The notes under the pieces were generated by a model that worked only from the letters and a program-made list of their open reading frames with translations, did no database searches and was not told the DNA's origin. A stretch of DNA of 64,000 nt from Gammaproteobacteria bacterium (lineage in GTDB: Bacteria; Pseudomonadota; Gammaproteobacteria; CAJXQU01), in the NCBI GenBank assembly GCA_965238175.1, contig CBDEGZ010000003.1, positions 992,001 to 1,056,000 on the forward strand, in the 5' to 3' direction. The position numbers and the translations under genes were made by a program. Positions 1 through 9,324 of the stretch are shown in pieces. Within the stretch, counting starts at the first letter, position 1. Every line of letters begins with the position of its first letter.

Positions 1-35
1 GAAGGCTATCGCCCAAAAATATGAGGTAATTATGA

Positions 36-578
36 ATGATCACCAAAGACGAACTCAAAAGACTGGAACAACCGTCCCGGCAAAACAAAGAACTGCATTA
101 TACGATTGGCGGCTCTGTAGAATCTGCCGTTCACTCAAATTTAGAGAGTGAGCGTATCAGCAAGCTTAATAAAGGCCACCGCATCATGAATAAGGCCGTT
201 CAACAGTTTGAAAATAACATGGCCTTTAAATCACGCGAAGGACTGGCACACAGTCAGTTTCAGCAATTGGTGAATAGTGAACCACCGCCGCCAGACAGAA
301 AGCTTGCTGAACAAACATGGCAGGATAATCATAAGGTGGCGCACCAAGAAACATTCGATAAAGCCCGCAAACAGTTTCGCTCTGCGATGCAACAGGCAAC
401 CCAAGGTGAGCTTCCCATTATCGATACCGATTCAGGCTATGGTGCAGGTCAGGACAATACCACCGTTGAGAAATACGTTAACCATACCACTAAGGAACAA
501 CAACCTGTCCGCAATGAACGGGTTAAGGCATTCGCACAAAATATGACGCAAGACCGCAGTCAAGGTTTAGAACGCTAA
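36..578 (+). CDS. Hypothetical protein of integrative element
   Basis: 180-aa ORF with GAGG RBS; hydrophilic; ends in a charged tail (QDRSQGLER); no family recognised. Confidence 0.6.
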   Translation: MITKDELKRLEQPSRQNKELHYTIGGSVESAVHSNLESERISKLNKGHRIMNKAVQQFENNMAFKSREGLAHSQFQQLVNSEPPPPDRKLAEQTWQDNHKVAHQETFDKARKQFRSAMQQATQGELPIIDTDSGYGAGQDNTTVEKYVNHTTKEQQPVRNERVKAFAQNMTQDRSQGLER

Positions 579-606
579 TTTTTTACCAGCACACAGGAGA
601 ACCATT

Positions 607-915
607 ATGAGCAACGAGAATGAACAACACACAACCGTAATCAATTCACAGCAAGGTAATAGACCTATAGACACACTTTGGGATGGTTCTATTAAAGTCG
701 CTATTTTTAAAAACCAACGGCAAAACGGTGTGTCATTTTCTGCTGAGGCAGGTCGGATTTATACCGATAGCCACGGTCAGACACAGGAAGCCAAAAGTTT
801 TTCAGGTAGAGAATTACTTAGCGTGGCAAAACTTTCAGAAAAAGCCTATGACCGTATCGGCGAATTCAAGCAACAAATGAAATCTCAGCAACGAGGCACA
901 GAGCGAGAACGCTAG
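607..915 (+). CDS. Small hypothetical protein of mobile element (possible nucleic-acid-binding fold)
   Basis: 102-aa ORF with AGGAGA RBS; beta-rich core IKVAIFKN...FSAEAGRIYTD; tail QQRGTERER. Confidence 0.65.
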   Translation: MSNENEQHTTVINSQQGNRPIDTLWDGSIKVAIFKNQRQNGVSFSAEAGRIYTDSHGQTQEAKSFSGRELLSVAKLSEKAYDRIGEFKQQMKSQQRGTERER

Positions 916-931
916 ACAAAAAATAGAGATT

Positions 932-960
932 GCCGTTGTGAATGCAACGGCTGTTTTTTG
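932..960 (+). terminator. Rho-independent terminator
   Basis: GCCGTTG-tgaatg-CAACGGC hairpin followed by a T-run, just after ORF 607-915. Confidence 0.7.
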
Positions 961-990
961 TATTGCCAGATTTAAAAATATCGGTTAAAT

Positions 991-1005
991 GTTCTCGTTA
1001 TGTTC
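991..1005 (+). promoter_or_regulatory. Putative alphaproteobacterial-type LexA box (GTTC-N7-GTTC)
   Basis: GTTC-tcgttat-GTTC downstream of TTGCCA (963-968), upstream of the ORF115-recombinase pair. Confidence 0.55.
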
Positions 1006-1054
1006 TATTTAGAAAAGGAGAGAGCATTGATGTATTAATTCAAGACACGGAGGC

Positions 1055-1402
1055 GTGATGAAAAATAATAACACTATTGAAATCGCTGACTATAGCGAAG
1101 AGCAAAACGATATTGCGGTTGTGCCGCCCCTGCAATTGGAGCCGGATGACTATCGGGATGAGTTGGCAGAATTTGAGCTTACACCCGAGCAGGAAACTGA
1201 ACTGTTGCAAGTACTCTGGAATATCATGTCAACAATGGTTGACCTTGGTTGGGGACTGGATTCTGTACAACTGTTTTCATTGCCAAAAGCACATAAAATT
1301 GACAGCGATTCCAGTGACAAGGTAAAACTAACAGACAACAACCAAGCATTTAATCAGACCGCAGGAAATACAACTGAGAAAGGCAACAATGATGAAAAAT
1401 GA
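1055..1402 (+). CDS. Small acidic protein coupled to the recombinase (possible accessory/directionality factor)
   Basis: 115-aa ORF with GGAGG RBS; overlaps the recombinase start. Confidence 0.65.
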   Translation: MMKNNNTIEIADYSEEQNDIAVVPPLQLEPDDYRDELAEFELTPEQETELLQVLWNIMSTMVDLGWGLDSVQLFSLPKAHKIDSDSSDKVKLTDNNQAFNQTAGNTTEKGNNDEK

Positions 1403-2948
1403 AACAAATAAGAAAGCCCTTATCTACTGTCGCGTTTCCAGTAAGAAACAAACTAAAGGCAGTGGGTTGGACAGTCAGGAACACCGTTGCCGTCAATATG
1501 CAGCCTCTAAGGGCTATGAAGTCGAAGCTGTTTTTCCCGATGATGTAACCGGAGCAGGTGATTTTATGAAACGTCCCGGCATGGTGGCCTTGCTAGCGTA
1601 TCTGCAAGCGCAGACAGACAGCAATTACGTGGTGATTTTCGACGATCTCAAACGTTTCGCTCGTGACACTATCTTTCACTGGGGGTTACGTCACAAGCTC
1701 TTAGAATATGGCGCTACAGTGGAATGCCTGAATTTCAACTTTGAAGATACACCGGAAGGTGAGTTTGTTGAAACCATTGTTGCTGCGCAAGGGCAGCTTG
1801 AACGCCAGCAAAACCGCCGTCAGACCTTGCAAAAGATGAAAGCCCGACTTGAGAAAGGTTTTTTCGTTTTTCAGGCACCCATTGGTTATCGCTATCAGAA
1901 ATCACAGTATGGTGGAAAAGAATTAGTCAGGAATGAACCGCTTGCCAGTATCATGCAAGAGGCATTGGAAGGGTTTGCCACGGGTCGGTTTCAGATCAAG
2001 GCTGAGGTGAAACACTTTCTGGAGAGTTTTCCTGATTTCCCACGAGGCCCAAGCGGAGTCATCGGTAGTTCACGTATTGATGAAATGCTGACCCGTGTTA
2101 CTTACGCTGGATATATTGAGCATAAGGACTGGGGAGTGAGTTTACGAAAGGCGCGCCATGAAGGAATAATCAACTTTGAAATGTTCCAGAAAATACAGGA
2201 GCGTCTTAGAGGTCGAGCTAATGCGCCAGCCAGAAAAAATATCAATCAGGATTTTCCGTTGCGCGGCTTTATCAGTTGCTCGTGTGGAAAACCGTTAACC
2301 GCAGCATGGTCAAAGGGGCGTAATACCCATTACCCCTATTATTTTTGTCAGGCTCGCGATTGCAGTCATTACGGTAAGTCCATCAAGCGTGAAGTCATAG
2401 AAGGCGAATTTAAAACCCTGCTCAAACAACTAACCCCAACAAAGGAATTAATCGGGGTCGCCAGCATCATGTTTGAAAAGCTATGGAATCATCGAGCGCA
2501 ATATCAACAATCTCGTGTCTCCATGCTTGATACTGAATATATCAAAATTGATCGCAGTATCGACAAATTGCTTGATCGAGTCGTTGATGCTGAATCACCA
2601 ACAGTGATAAATGCACTTGAGAAACGAGTTAAAGCATTGGAAGAAAAGAAAATTGTGATACAGGAAAAAACCGCCAATTGTCGCCGCCCGGTAAAGGCCT
2701 ATAGTGACAGTTATAGAACCGCTATGGAATTCCTCGCTAAGCCTTATAGGCTATGGGCTTCCGATCGGCTTGAAGATAAGCGAGCAGTGCTAAAATTAGC
2801 CTTTGCAGACCGCTTAACCTATGTGCGTGGCGAAGGTTATAGAACCGCAAAAACCACCTTACCTTTCAAGGTATTAGGGGATTTTTTTGCTCAAAAAGAA
2901 GTAATGGTGGGCCCGGGAGGACTCGAACCTCCGACCAATGGATTATGA
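1389..2948 (+). CDS. Large serine recombinase (integrase)
   Basis: N-terminal YCRVSS catalytic motif, DDLKRFAR, recombinase domain, zinc ribbon (CSCG...CQARDC), coiled coil; C-terminus read from the tRNA antisense strand. Confidence 0.92.
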   Translation: MMKNETNKKALIYCRVSSKKQTKGSGLDSQEHRCRQYAASKGYEVEAVFPDDVTGAGDFMKRPGMVALLAYLQAQTDSNYVVIFDDLKRFARDTIFHWGLRHKLLEYGATVECLNFNFEDTPEGEFVETIVAAQGQLERQQNRRQTLQKMKARLEKGFFVFQAPIGYRYQKSQYGGKELVRNEPLASIMQEALEGFATGRFQIKAEVKHFLESFPDFPRGPSGVIGSSRIDEMLTRVTYAGYIEHKDWGVSLRKARHEGIINFEMFQKIQERLRGRANAPARKNINQDFPLRGFISCSCGKPLTAAWSKGRNTHYPYYFCQARDCSHYGKSIKREVIEGEFKTLLKQLTPTKELIGVASIMFEKLWNHRAQYQQSRVSMLDTEYIKIDRSIDKLLDRVVDAESPTVINALEKRVKALEEKKIVIQEKTANCRRPVKAYSDSYRTAMEFLAKPYRLWASDRLEDKRAVLKLAFADRLTYVRGEGYRTAKTTLPFKVLGDFFAQKEVMVGPGGLEPPTNGL

Positions 2949-2981
2949 GTCCACTGCTCTAACCAACTGAGCTACAGGCCC
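2905..2981 (-). tRNA. ileX: tRNA-Ile2 (anticodon CAU, lysidine type)
   Basis: Reverse complement GGGCCTGTAGCTCAGTTGGTTAGAGCAGTGGACT-CAT-AATCCATTGGTCGGAGGTTCGAGTCCTCCCGGGCCCACCA; cloverleaf, CCA, C4-G69/C5-G68, position downstream of rpoD as for ileX. Confidence 0.9.
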
Positions 2982-3010
2982 TGAATGGGTTGGCAATTAT
3001 AGCCGAGTGC

Positions 3011-3037
3011 GTTTGATCCTGAAAGTCAGGATCAAAC
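3011..3037 (-). terminator. Perfect 12-bp hairpin, probable original rpoD terminator
   Basis: GTTTGATCCTGA-aag-TCAGGATCAAAC; would lie just downstream of rpoD if the IS481 were removed. Confidence 0.5.
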
Positions 3038-3074
3038 TTATCGTTGTACGACTAAACGAATTGGATTTATTAGT

Positions 3075-4300
3075 TGTAGAAGTTTAGACCCAATCTGACA
3101 CATCACTAAATCAAGCGGAGCGTAGCGACGCTTGATTTAGTGAGAGTTACCCGCTTTGATGTAACTGCAACGTAAACATCAAAACACAAAGAGGTAACTC
3201 TCATGATTCATACTAATGACAAAGTTATAAAACATAAAGTTGGTCTACTCAATCTCGCTGAAGAACTCGGCAATGTCTCAAAAGCCTGCAAGATGATGGG
3301 TTTGTCCAGAGATACATTTTATCGCTACAAAGAAGCGGCTGATGAAGGCGGTGTAGAAGCCTTGTTTGATCGTAATCGGCGTACCCCAAATCTTAAAAAC
3401 AGAATCGACCCGGCTATTGAAACCGTTGTGCTCGAGTATGCACTGGAAGAGCCCGCACATGGTCAAACGCGCACCAGTAACGAGCTGCGCAAACGGGGAA
3501 CATTTGTCTCACCCAGTGGCGTTCGTTGTATCTGGCTTCGTCATGGTCTTGCTTGCTTTAAAGATCGCCTGAAGGCATTGTCTGATAAGGTAGCTGGTGA
3601 AGGCTTGATCCTCACTGAGTCTCAAGTCGCGGCGATGGAACGCAAAAAAGACGACGATGAGGCTTGTGGCGAGATAGAGACGGCACACCCTGGTTATCTT
3701 GGCTCGCAAGATACTTACTATGTCGGTACTTTCAAAGGCATTGGTCGGGTTTATCAACAAACGTTTGTTGATACTTACAGCAAGGTCGCTCACGCGAAAC
3801 TGTACCCGACTAAAACACCGATTACGGCAGCTGACATGCTCAATGACCGCGTCCTCCCATTCTACGAAGAACAACGTTTGCCTATGTTGCGCATTTTGAC
3901 AGATAGAGGGACGGAGTATTGTGGGCGAGCTGACCAGCATGATTATCAGCTTTATATGGCGTTGAACAATATCGAACACACCAAAACCAAGGTCAAATCA
4001 CCTCAGACGAATGGTATTTGTGAGCGATTCCATAAGACGATCCTCAATGAGTTTTATCAAGTCGCTTTGCGTAAGAAAATTTACCAATCGATTGATGAAC
4101 TGCAACTCGACCTTGACGAATGGTTGCTCAAATACAATACTCAACGAACTCACCAAGGCAAAATGTGCTGCGGGAGGACGCCGATGGAAACACTCATCGA
4201 CGGACAAGCTATCTGGAAGGAAAAGTTTGTGAATTAAACTTAACCTGACAGTCGGTTACTGATAATTGGGTAACTGTCAGATCAAATCTGAATTTCTACA
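3075..4300 (+). mobile_element. IS481-family insertion sequence, copy 1 (1226 bp)
   Basis: Ends TGTAGAA...TTCTACA; 7-bp direct repeat TATTAGT at 3068-3074 and 4301-4307; near-identical inverted copy at 59578-60803. Confidence 0.93.
3203..4237 (+). CDS. IS481-family transposase
   Basis: N-terminal HTH, rve/DDE core (QDT...TDRGTEY...NGICERFHKT). Confidence 0.95.
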   Translation: MIHTNDKVIKHKVGLLNLAEELGNVSKACKMMGLSRDTFYRYKEAADEGGVEALFDRNRRTPNLKNRIDPAIETVVLEYALEEPAHGQTRTSNELRKRGTFVSPSGVRCIWLRHGLACFKDRLKALSDKVAGEGLILTESQVAAMERKKDDDEACGEIETAHPGYLGSQDTYYVGTFKGIGRVYQQTFVDTYSKVAHAKLYPTKTPITAADMLNDRVLPFYEEQRLPMLRILTDRGTEYCGRADQHDYQLYMALNNIEHTKTKVKSPQTNGICERFHKTILNEFYQVALRKKIYQSIDELQLDLDEWLLKYNTQRTHQGKMCCGRTPMETLIDGQAIWKEKFVN

Positions 4301-4302
4301 TA

Positions 4303-6162
4303 TTAGTTATCCAGGAAAGTTCGAAGTTGTTCTGATCGTGAAGGATGGCGTAATTTTCTTAATGCTTTTGCTTCTATTTGACGAATGCGTTCACGTGTTA
4401 CATCAAACTGTTTTCCGACTTCTTCCAAGGTGTGATCGGTGTTCATGCCGATACCAAAGCGCATGCGCAGTACTTTGGCTTCTCTTGGAGTGAGTCCTTC
4501 GAGTACGTCACTTGTTGTTCTACACAGTCCTTCAAAGGTAGCTGAATCAACAGGTGCTTGGATATTAATGTCTTCAATGAAGTCTCCGAGGTGCGAATCT
4601 TCATCGTCACCTATAGGTGTTTCCATAGAGATAGGTTCTTTAGCGATTTTTAGTACTTTGCGGATCTTGTCTTCTGGCATTTGCATGCGTTCGGCAAGTT
4701 CTTCAGGTGTTGGTTCACGTCCTTTTTCTTGAAGGATTTGCCGAGAGATACGATTCAGTTTATTGATCGTTTCTATCATGTGCACGGGGATACGGATAGT
4801 ACGTGCTTGATCGGCAATTGATCGCGTTATTGCTTGCCTGATCCACCATGTTGCGTAGGTGGAGAATTTGTAGCCACGACGATATTCAAATTTATCGACG
4901 GCTTTCATCAGGCCGATATTGCCTTCCTGAATAAGATCCAGAAAGAGCAGGCCACGGTTGGTGTATTTTTTCGCGATCGAAATAACCAGCCTTAAGTTGG
5001 CTTCAACCATTTCTTTTTTCGCACGCCGTGCTTTTGCCTCACCGATCGACATGCGACGGTTGATCTCTTTGATCTCCGGGATTGGCATGTACGATCTTTC
5101 TTCAACTTGAATAAGTCGTTTTTGCGCAAATATAATATCTTCCTGATAGTTTTTTAGTTTTTCTGACCAGGGTTTTCCGGCAGCAAGTAATTGATCTGTC
5201 CAATCTAAGTTGGTTTCATTATCTTTAAATGAGGCAATGAAATCTTTACGTGGCATTCCAGAACGTTTAGTACATGCGGTGATGATGGTTTTTTCTTGCT
5301 TGCGCAGTTCATCAACTAGACCTCGAACTTCTTTATTTAAGCGATCAATAAATTTAGGTGTGAATTTAAGTTCGCGAAAGCGTTCTGCCAGTTCTTTTCT
5401 GAGAGGCTTGGTTTTATCATCTTCTCTGCCGTGTTGTTTTGTTGTAGCAAGGACTCTGTCATGCAATTTAGCGAGATGTGTGAAGCGAATGTGTGCTTCT
5501 TCAGGATCTAATGCATTTGGATCTTCTTCCTCTTCGTCGCCATCGTCATCAGGTTCTGAATTATCTTCTGCTTCGACAGCCGGTCTTGGTGCTGGTTGGG
5601 CTGCTGCTTCGTTAGGGTCAAAAAATCCAGTGATGACGTCAGTTAATTTGAGTTCTTCCGTACCAACTTTGTCATATTCAGCTAATACGATATCCATGAT
5701 ATATGGATAATCAGACAGGGCAGCAAGGACTTGGGTTAAGCCTTGTTCGATGCGTTTTGCGATGACGATCTCACCTTCTCGGGTAAGAAGGTCAACCGTT
5801 CCCATTTCACGCATATACATTCTGACGGGATCAGTTGTTCGCCCAAAGTCGTTTTCAACTAATGCCAGCGCTGCGGCTGCTTCTTCCGCCGCTTCATCAC
5901 TGTCTGTGACGGCGTTATCCGACATCAACAATGAATCCATGTCTGGAGCTGTTTCATGGACTGTAATACCCATGTCATTGATCATGCTGATAATTTCTTC
6001 GATCTGCTCAGGATCTACAATTTCTCCTGGCAAGTGATCGTTTACTTCATGATATGTGAGGTAGCCCTGTTCTTTACCTTTTGCGATCAATTCCTTTAAC
6101 AAGGAACGTTGCACGTCTGTTTTTACTGGTGAAGATGAATTCTCTTTTGTTTTTTTATCCAT
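4303..6162 (-). CDS. rpoD: RNA polymerase sigma-70 factor RpoD
   Basis: [50 protein letters not shown]. Confidence 0.99.
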   Translation of the reverse strand: MDKKTKENSSSPVKTDVQRSLLKELIAKGKEQGYLTYHEVNDHLPGEIVDPEQIEEIISMINDMGITVHETAPDMDSLLMSDNAVTDSDEAAEEAAAALALVENDFGRTTDPVRMYMREMGTVDLLTREGEIVIAKRIEQGLTQVLAALSDYPYIMDIVLAEYDKVGTEELKLTDVITGFFDPNEAAAQPAPRPAVEAEDNSEPDDDGDEEEEDPNALDPEEAHIRFTHLAKLHDRVLATTKQHGREDDKTKPLRKELAERFRELKFTPKFIDRLNKEVRGLVDELRKQEKTIITACTKRSGMPRKDFIASFKDNETNLDWTDQLLAAGKPWSEKLKNYQEDIIFAQKRLIQVEERSYMPIPEIKEINRRMSIGEAKARRAKKEMVEANLRLVISIAKKYTNRGLLFLDLIQEGNIGLMKAVDKFEYRRGYKFSTYATWWIRQAITRSIADQARTIRIPVHMIETINKLNRISRQILQEKGREPTPEELAERMQMPEDKIRKVLKIAKEPISMETPIGDDEDSHLGDFIEDINIQAPVDSATFEGLCRTTSDVLEGLTPREAKVLRMRFGIGMNTDHTLEEVGKQFDVTRERIRQIEAKALRKLRHPSRSEQLRTFLDN

Positions 6163-6182
6163 TAAATAGCCGTAAATTGGAG

Positions 6183-6212
6183 AAAGTATGTATTAATAAA
6201 GTATGTATTAAT
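6183..6212. repeat. 15-bp tandem duplication in rpoD leader
   Basis: AAAGTATGTATTAAT x2. Confidence 0.75.
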
Positions 6213-6377
6213 AATATAGGGTAAAATCGTTGATTTTAAAGTTATAAATCTCGTCATAATACTTTTGAAGTCTAGTACCAATGTAGTCTTCCTGCCATAT
6301 TGCTAATGATTTAGCAAATACCAACAGGGGATTATACATTAAATTTGTTTATAGGCGGTAGTATAAATTTTTTATTT

Positions 6378-8153
6378 CTAATCTGTAGTTGAACGCTTGT
6401 ACATGTTTATGTTCTTAATCTGATCTGTAATTTTACCGTCGGAAGTTTGAATCAAAGCGGAACGTTGTTGTTTTGCTAAGTTTTTTTGTAATGTTTGGAT
6501 AATCCCTAAATATTCTGCACGCATAGCCTCGTCTGATAACTCTTTTTCACCCGCTAATAACTGGTTTAGTATCTCGATTTTGTCAGATTCTCTGTAGTGT
6601 TCTAATAATTGCCCGGTGCTCATAAAGGATCGGTTTGAGATTTGTTGAGTAAGTTCCAAAATGAATGGGATCTGCTGATCTGACAAGGCTGATAATTCTT
6701 CAGGAAAATCAATGTCCAAGACAAATTCCGGATGGTTGATTACGATGTGAATGGCCTGCTCAACCAGCGAGCGAGTGAATCGTTTATTTCGATTTACGGG
6801 TGTTCTTTGTATTGGTTTTATCCGTTCAGGAGCCGGGTTATGGCCCGGCATCATTTGATCAATTTGTGCAGTAGCAAGTTGCGATAATGTACTAAGTTGT
6901 TGTTTCATCAGTGTGCGTAAAGCGCCGGTGGGAATTTTTGCGATTAATGGGCTGGCAAGATCAAATAATCGGGCACGGCCTTCGAGCGTGCTTAAATCCG
7001 TCTGCTGAACGAGTGAGTCGAATAAGAATTCCGATAATTGGGCGTAGTTGTTACTGTTTTCAAAATATGCTGCACCTTGCTTTCGGATAATACTGTCAGG
7101 ATCATCTCCTTCTGGTAGAAATAGAAAACGCACGGAGTAACCTTCTTTTAGCAGCGGGAGTGATAATTCTAAAGCCTTCCAGGCGGCACGTTGGCCAGCT
7201 TTATCGCCATCAAAACAAAATACAATTTCACGTGTCGCTTTGAATAGGCGTTGTAGATGTTCAATAGTTGTTGCTGTCCCTAAAGTTGCAACGGCATTGT
7301 TGATGTCGAATTGGGCAAGTGCGACAACATCCATATAACCTTCAACAACGATAATGTGTGATAAATCTCGACAGCGTTTTCGCGCTTCATACAACCCATA
7401 AAGTTCACGGCCTTTATGGAAAACGGGTGTTTCTGGAGAATTTAGATATTTTGGTTCGCCCTGATCGAACACTCTGCCACCAAAACCGATGACTCGGCCT
7501 TTATAGTCACGTATGGGAAACATAATCCGATCACGGAAGCGATCATAATGACGTTTTTTATTATGCTCTAAATCTTTTTCGGCGATTAAACCAGATTTTA
7601 GGAGTAAATTAATTTGATCCGTTGTAATTTGTTCTTTTGTGCCAAAGGAATTGATCAAGTTATCCCAACCCGGTGGTGCATAACCAATGTCATAGGCGGC
7701 AGCGATTTCTCCGGAGAGTCCACGACTTTTCAGGTATTGAACAGCCCTTTCTTTGCTCGAATGTTGACGCAATTGTTTTGCATAAAACTGGGCGGCTTGT
7801 TCTAGTATATTGAATATGGGGCTGTGATCAGGACGATTTTGCTTTGTTTCAGTATTTTCTGGAAGTTGCATCCCGGCTTTTGAGGCGAGATCTTTGATTG
7901 TTTCAACAAAATCCAGATGATTATGATCCATTAAAAAACTGATCGCCGATCCATTCGCGCCACAACCAAAACAGTGATAGAACTGTTTGACCTGGCTGAC
8001 GGTGAAGGAGGGTGTTTTTTCGTTATGGAATGGACAAAGTCCTTGATAATCCTTACCAGCTTTGCGAAGTTGCACAAATTCGCCGATCACATCGATAATA
8101 TCGGTGCGACTCAAAAGATCGTCAATAAAATCTTGTGGGATCATTCCGGCCAT
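6378..8153 (-). CDS. dnaG: DNA primase
   Basis: CPFHNEKTPSF zinc finger, KYLNSPET, EGYMDV TOPRIM; start placed at MAGMIPQ (8153) because the longer ORF runs into a MITE. Confidence 0.97.
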   Translation of the reverse strand: MAGMIPQDFIDDLLSRTDIIDVIGEFVQLRKAGKDYQGLCPFHNEKTPSFTVSQVKQFYHCFGCGANGSAISFLMDHNHLDFVETIKDLASKAGMQLPENTETKQNRPDHSPIFNILEQAAQFYAKQLRQHSSKERAVQYLKSRGLSGEIAAAYDIGYAPPGWDNLINSFGTKEQITTDQINLLLKSGLIAEKDLEHNKKRHYDRFRDRIMFPIRDYKGRVIGFGGRVFDQGEPKYLNSPETPVFHKGRELYGLYEARKRCRDLSHIIVVEGYMDVVALAQFDINNAVATLGTATTIEHLQRLFKATREIVFCFDGDKAGQRAAWKALELSLPLLKEGYSVRFLFLPEGDDPDSIIRKQGAAYFENSNNYAQLSEFLFDSLVQQTDLSTLEGRARLFDLASPLIAKIPTGALRTLMKQQLSTLSQLATAQIDQMMPGHNPAPERIKPIQRTPVNRNKRFTRSLVEQAIHIVINHPEFVLDIDFPEELSALSDQQIPFILELTQQISNRSFMSTGQLLEHYRESDKIEILNQLLAGEKELSDEAMRAEYLGIIQTLQKNLAKQQRSALIQTSDGKITDQIKNINMYKRSTTD

Positions 8154-8159
8154 AGGCTG

Positions 8160-8435
8160 GTACTCTATCCAGTTGATATTGTCGTATTCAGCGTTACCGT
8201 GGCGTTTCGCAACAAGGCGCAGTGCACAGGGAATAGTCGCTCTATTCGCAAGCGCTGCAACGCAGTTGCGAAACGCCACGGTAGCGCCCTACGGGTTAGT
8301 ATGTCAATATCCATGGACGGTGTTGTGCCTTTTGGAAATGGCCAAGCTTATTTTAAGGCCATTTTCTGCAAGACACGCCTTGCCATGAATATTGACATGC
8401 TAACTGAAAACGACAATATCAACTGGATAGAGTAC
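8160..8435. mobile_element. MITE-like palindromic element, family A copy 1 (276 bp)
   Basis: Perfect 25-bp terminal IR GTACTCTATCCAGTTGATATTGTCG; nested internal hairpins; diverged inverted copy at 11755-12028. Confidence 0.85.
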
Positions 8436-8510
8436 GGGTATAGCCGGATAATTATTCTGTCTGGAGGATCTTTTCCGAAAGGTATTAGCGGTGTGGTACG
8501 TTTAAGCTAA

Positions 8511-8963
8511 CTAACCAGCAAGTTGCTTTTTGATCAGCCCACTAACAGCACTCATATCAGCACGACCTTGTAGTTTAGGCTTTAGGATCCCCATTACCTT
8601 ACCCATATCTTTCATTTCGCTGGCACCACTCGTACTAATCGCCTCTTGAACTAAGCTGAGAATTTCTTCTTCAGAAAGTTGTTCTGGCAGATAGGTTTTA
8701 ATGATGTCGAGTTCGTAGATCTCTTGATCAGCGAGATCTTGTCTATTGGCTTTTTCATATTGCGAAATTGATTCACGACGTTGTTTGCACATTTTGTCCA
8801 AGATCGTCGTAACATCGGCATCTTTCAGTTCAATACGTTCGTCCACTTCACGTTGTTTTATCGCGGCAGTGATCAGACGCAAAGTTCCAAGGCGCGGCTT
8901 ATCTTTGCTGCGCATTGCATCTTTTACGTCATCAAGCAGGCGTTGTTTTAGAGAATCTGACAT
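8511..8963 (-). CDS. yqeY: GatB/YqeY domain protein
   Basis: KQRRESI..Y....R.DLA..E motif; between rpsU and dnaG. Confidence 0.93.
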   Translation of the reverse strand: MSDSLKQRLLDDVKDAMRSKDKPRLGTLRLITAAIKQREVDERIELKDADVTTILDKMCKQRRESISQYEKANRQDLADQEIYELDIIKTYLPEQLSEEEILSLVQEAISTSGASEMKDMGKVMGILKPKLQGRADMSAVSGLIKKQLAG

Positions 8964-9015
8964 GTTGTATTGACTTATGAAAATTTTCTAGCCTTATTGT
9001 ATAAATCTCTAAAGG

Positions 9016-9231
9016 CTAGTAAAGGCGTTTTCTTTGCAGGCTAGTACGTGATGCTTTTTTCTGCCAACGTTTTACTGCAGCGGCAGCTTTACGCTTTCTT
9101 TCTTGAGCAGGTTTTTCGTAGTATTCTCGGCGATGTACTTCCGCGACGGTTCCAGCTTTTTCACAAGAACGTTTAAAACGTCGCAGAGCGATGTCAAAAG
9201 GTTCGTTTTCTCTGACCTTAACTGATGGCAT
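9016..9231 (-). CDS. rpsU: 30S ribosomal protein S21
   Basis: [27 protein letters not shown]. Confidence 0.99.
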   Translation of the reverse strand: MPSVKVRENEPFDIALRRFKRSCEKAGTVAEVHRREYYEKPAQERKRKAAAAVKRWQKKASRTSLQRKRLY

Positions 9232-9324
9232 TCGATATTCCTAAGTTGTTTAATTAATAAAAAAGTTGCACAAAATCCAAAAGGCGCATTATTCTAGTTC
9301 CTTAACAGGAGAAAAGCAAAAATC

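Larger units (their letters stand above)
1..2950. mobile_element. Right end of integrative element inserted at tRNA-Ile(CAU); left end lies outside the window
   Basis: Integrase abutting and overlapping the tRNA 3' end; hypothetical cargo genes. Confidence 0.8.

Noticed and set aside
2905-2981. tRNA-Met call for the CAU anticodon
   Set aside because: It has a paired G1-C72 and no initiator GGG/CCC anticodon stem; C4-G69/C5-G68 and the rpoD-linked position fit Ile2.
4241-4248. TAACCTGA inside the IS481 end as an IS110 target
   Set aside because: Only the left half matches; the right half (CCTGACAGTC) fits the predicted guide poorly, and both copies are unoccupied.
8154-8279. 42-aa N-terminal extension of DnaG in the ORF track
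   Set aside because: It is read from the MITE; homology starts at MAGMIPQ (8153).
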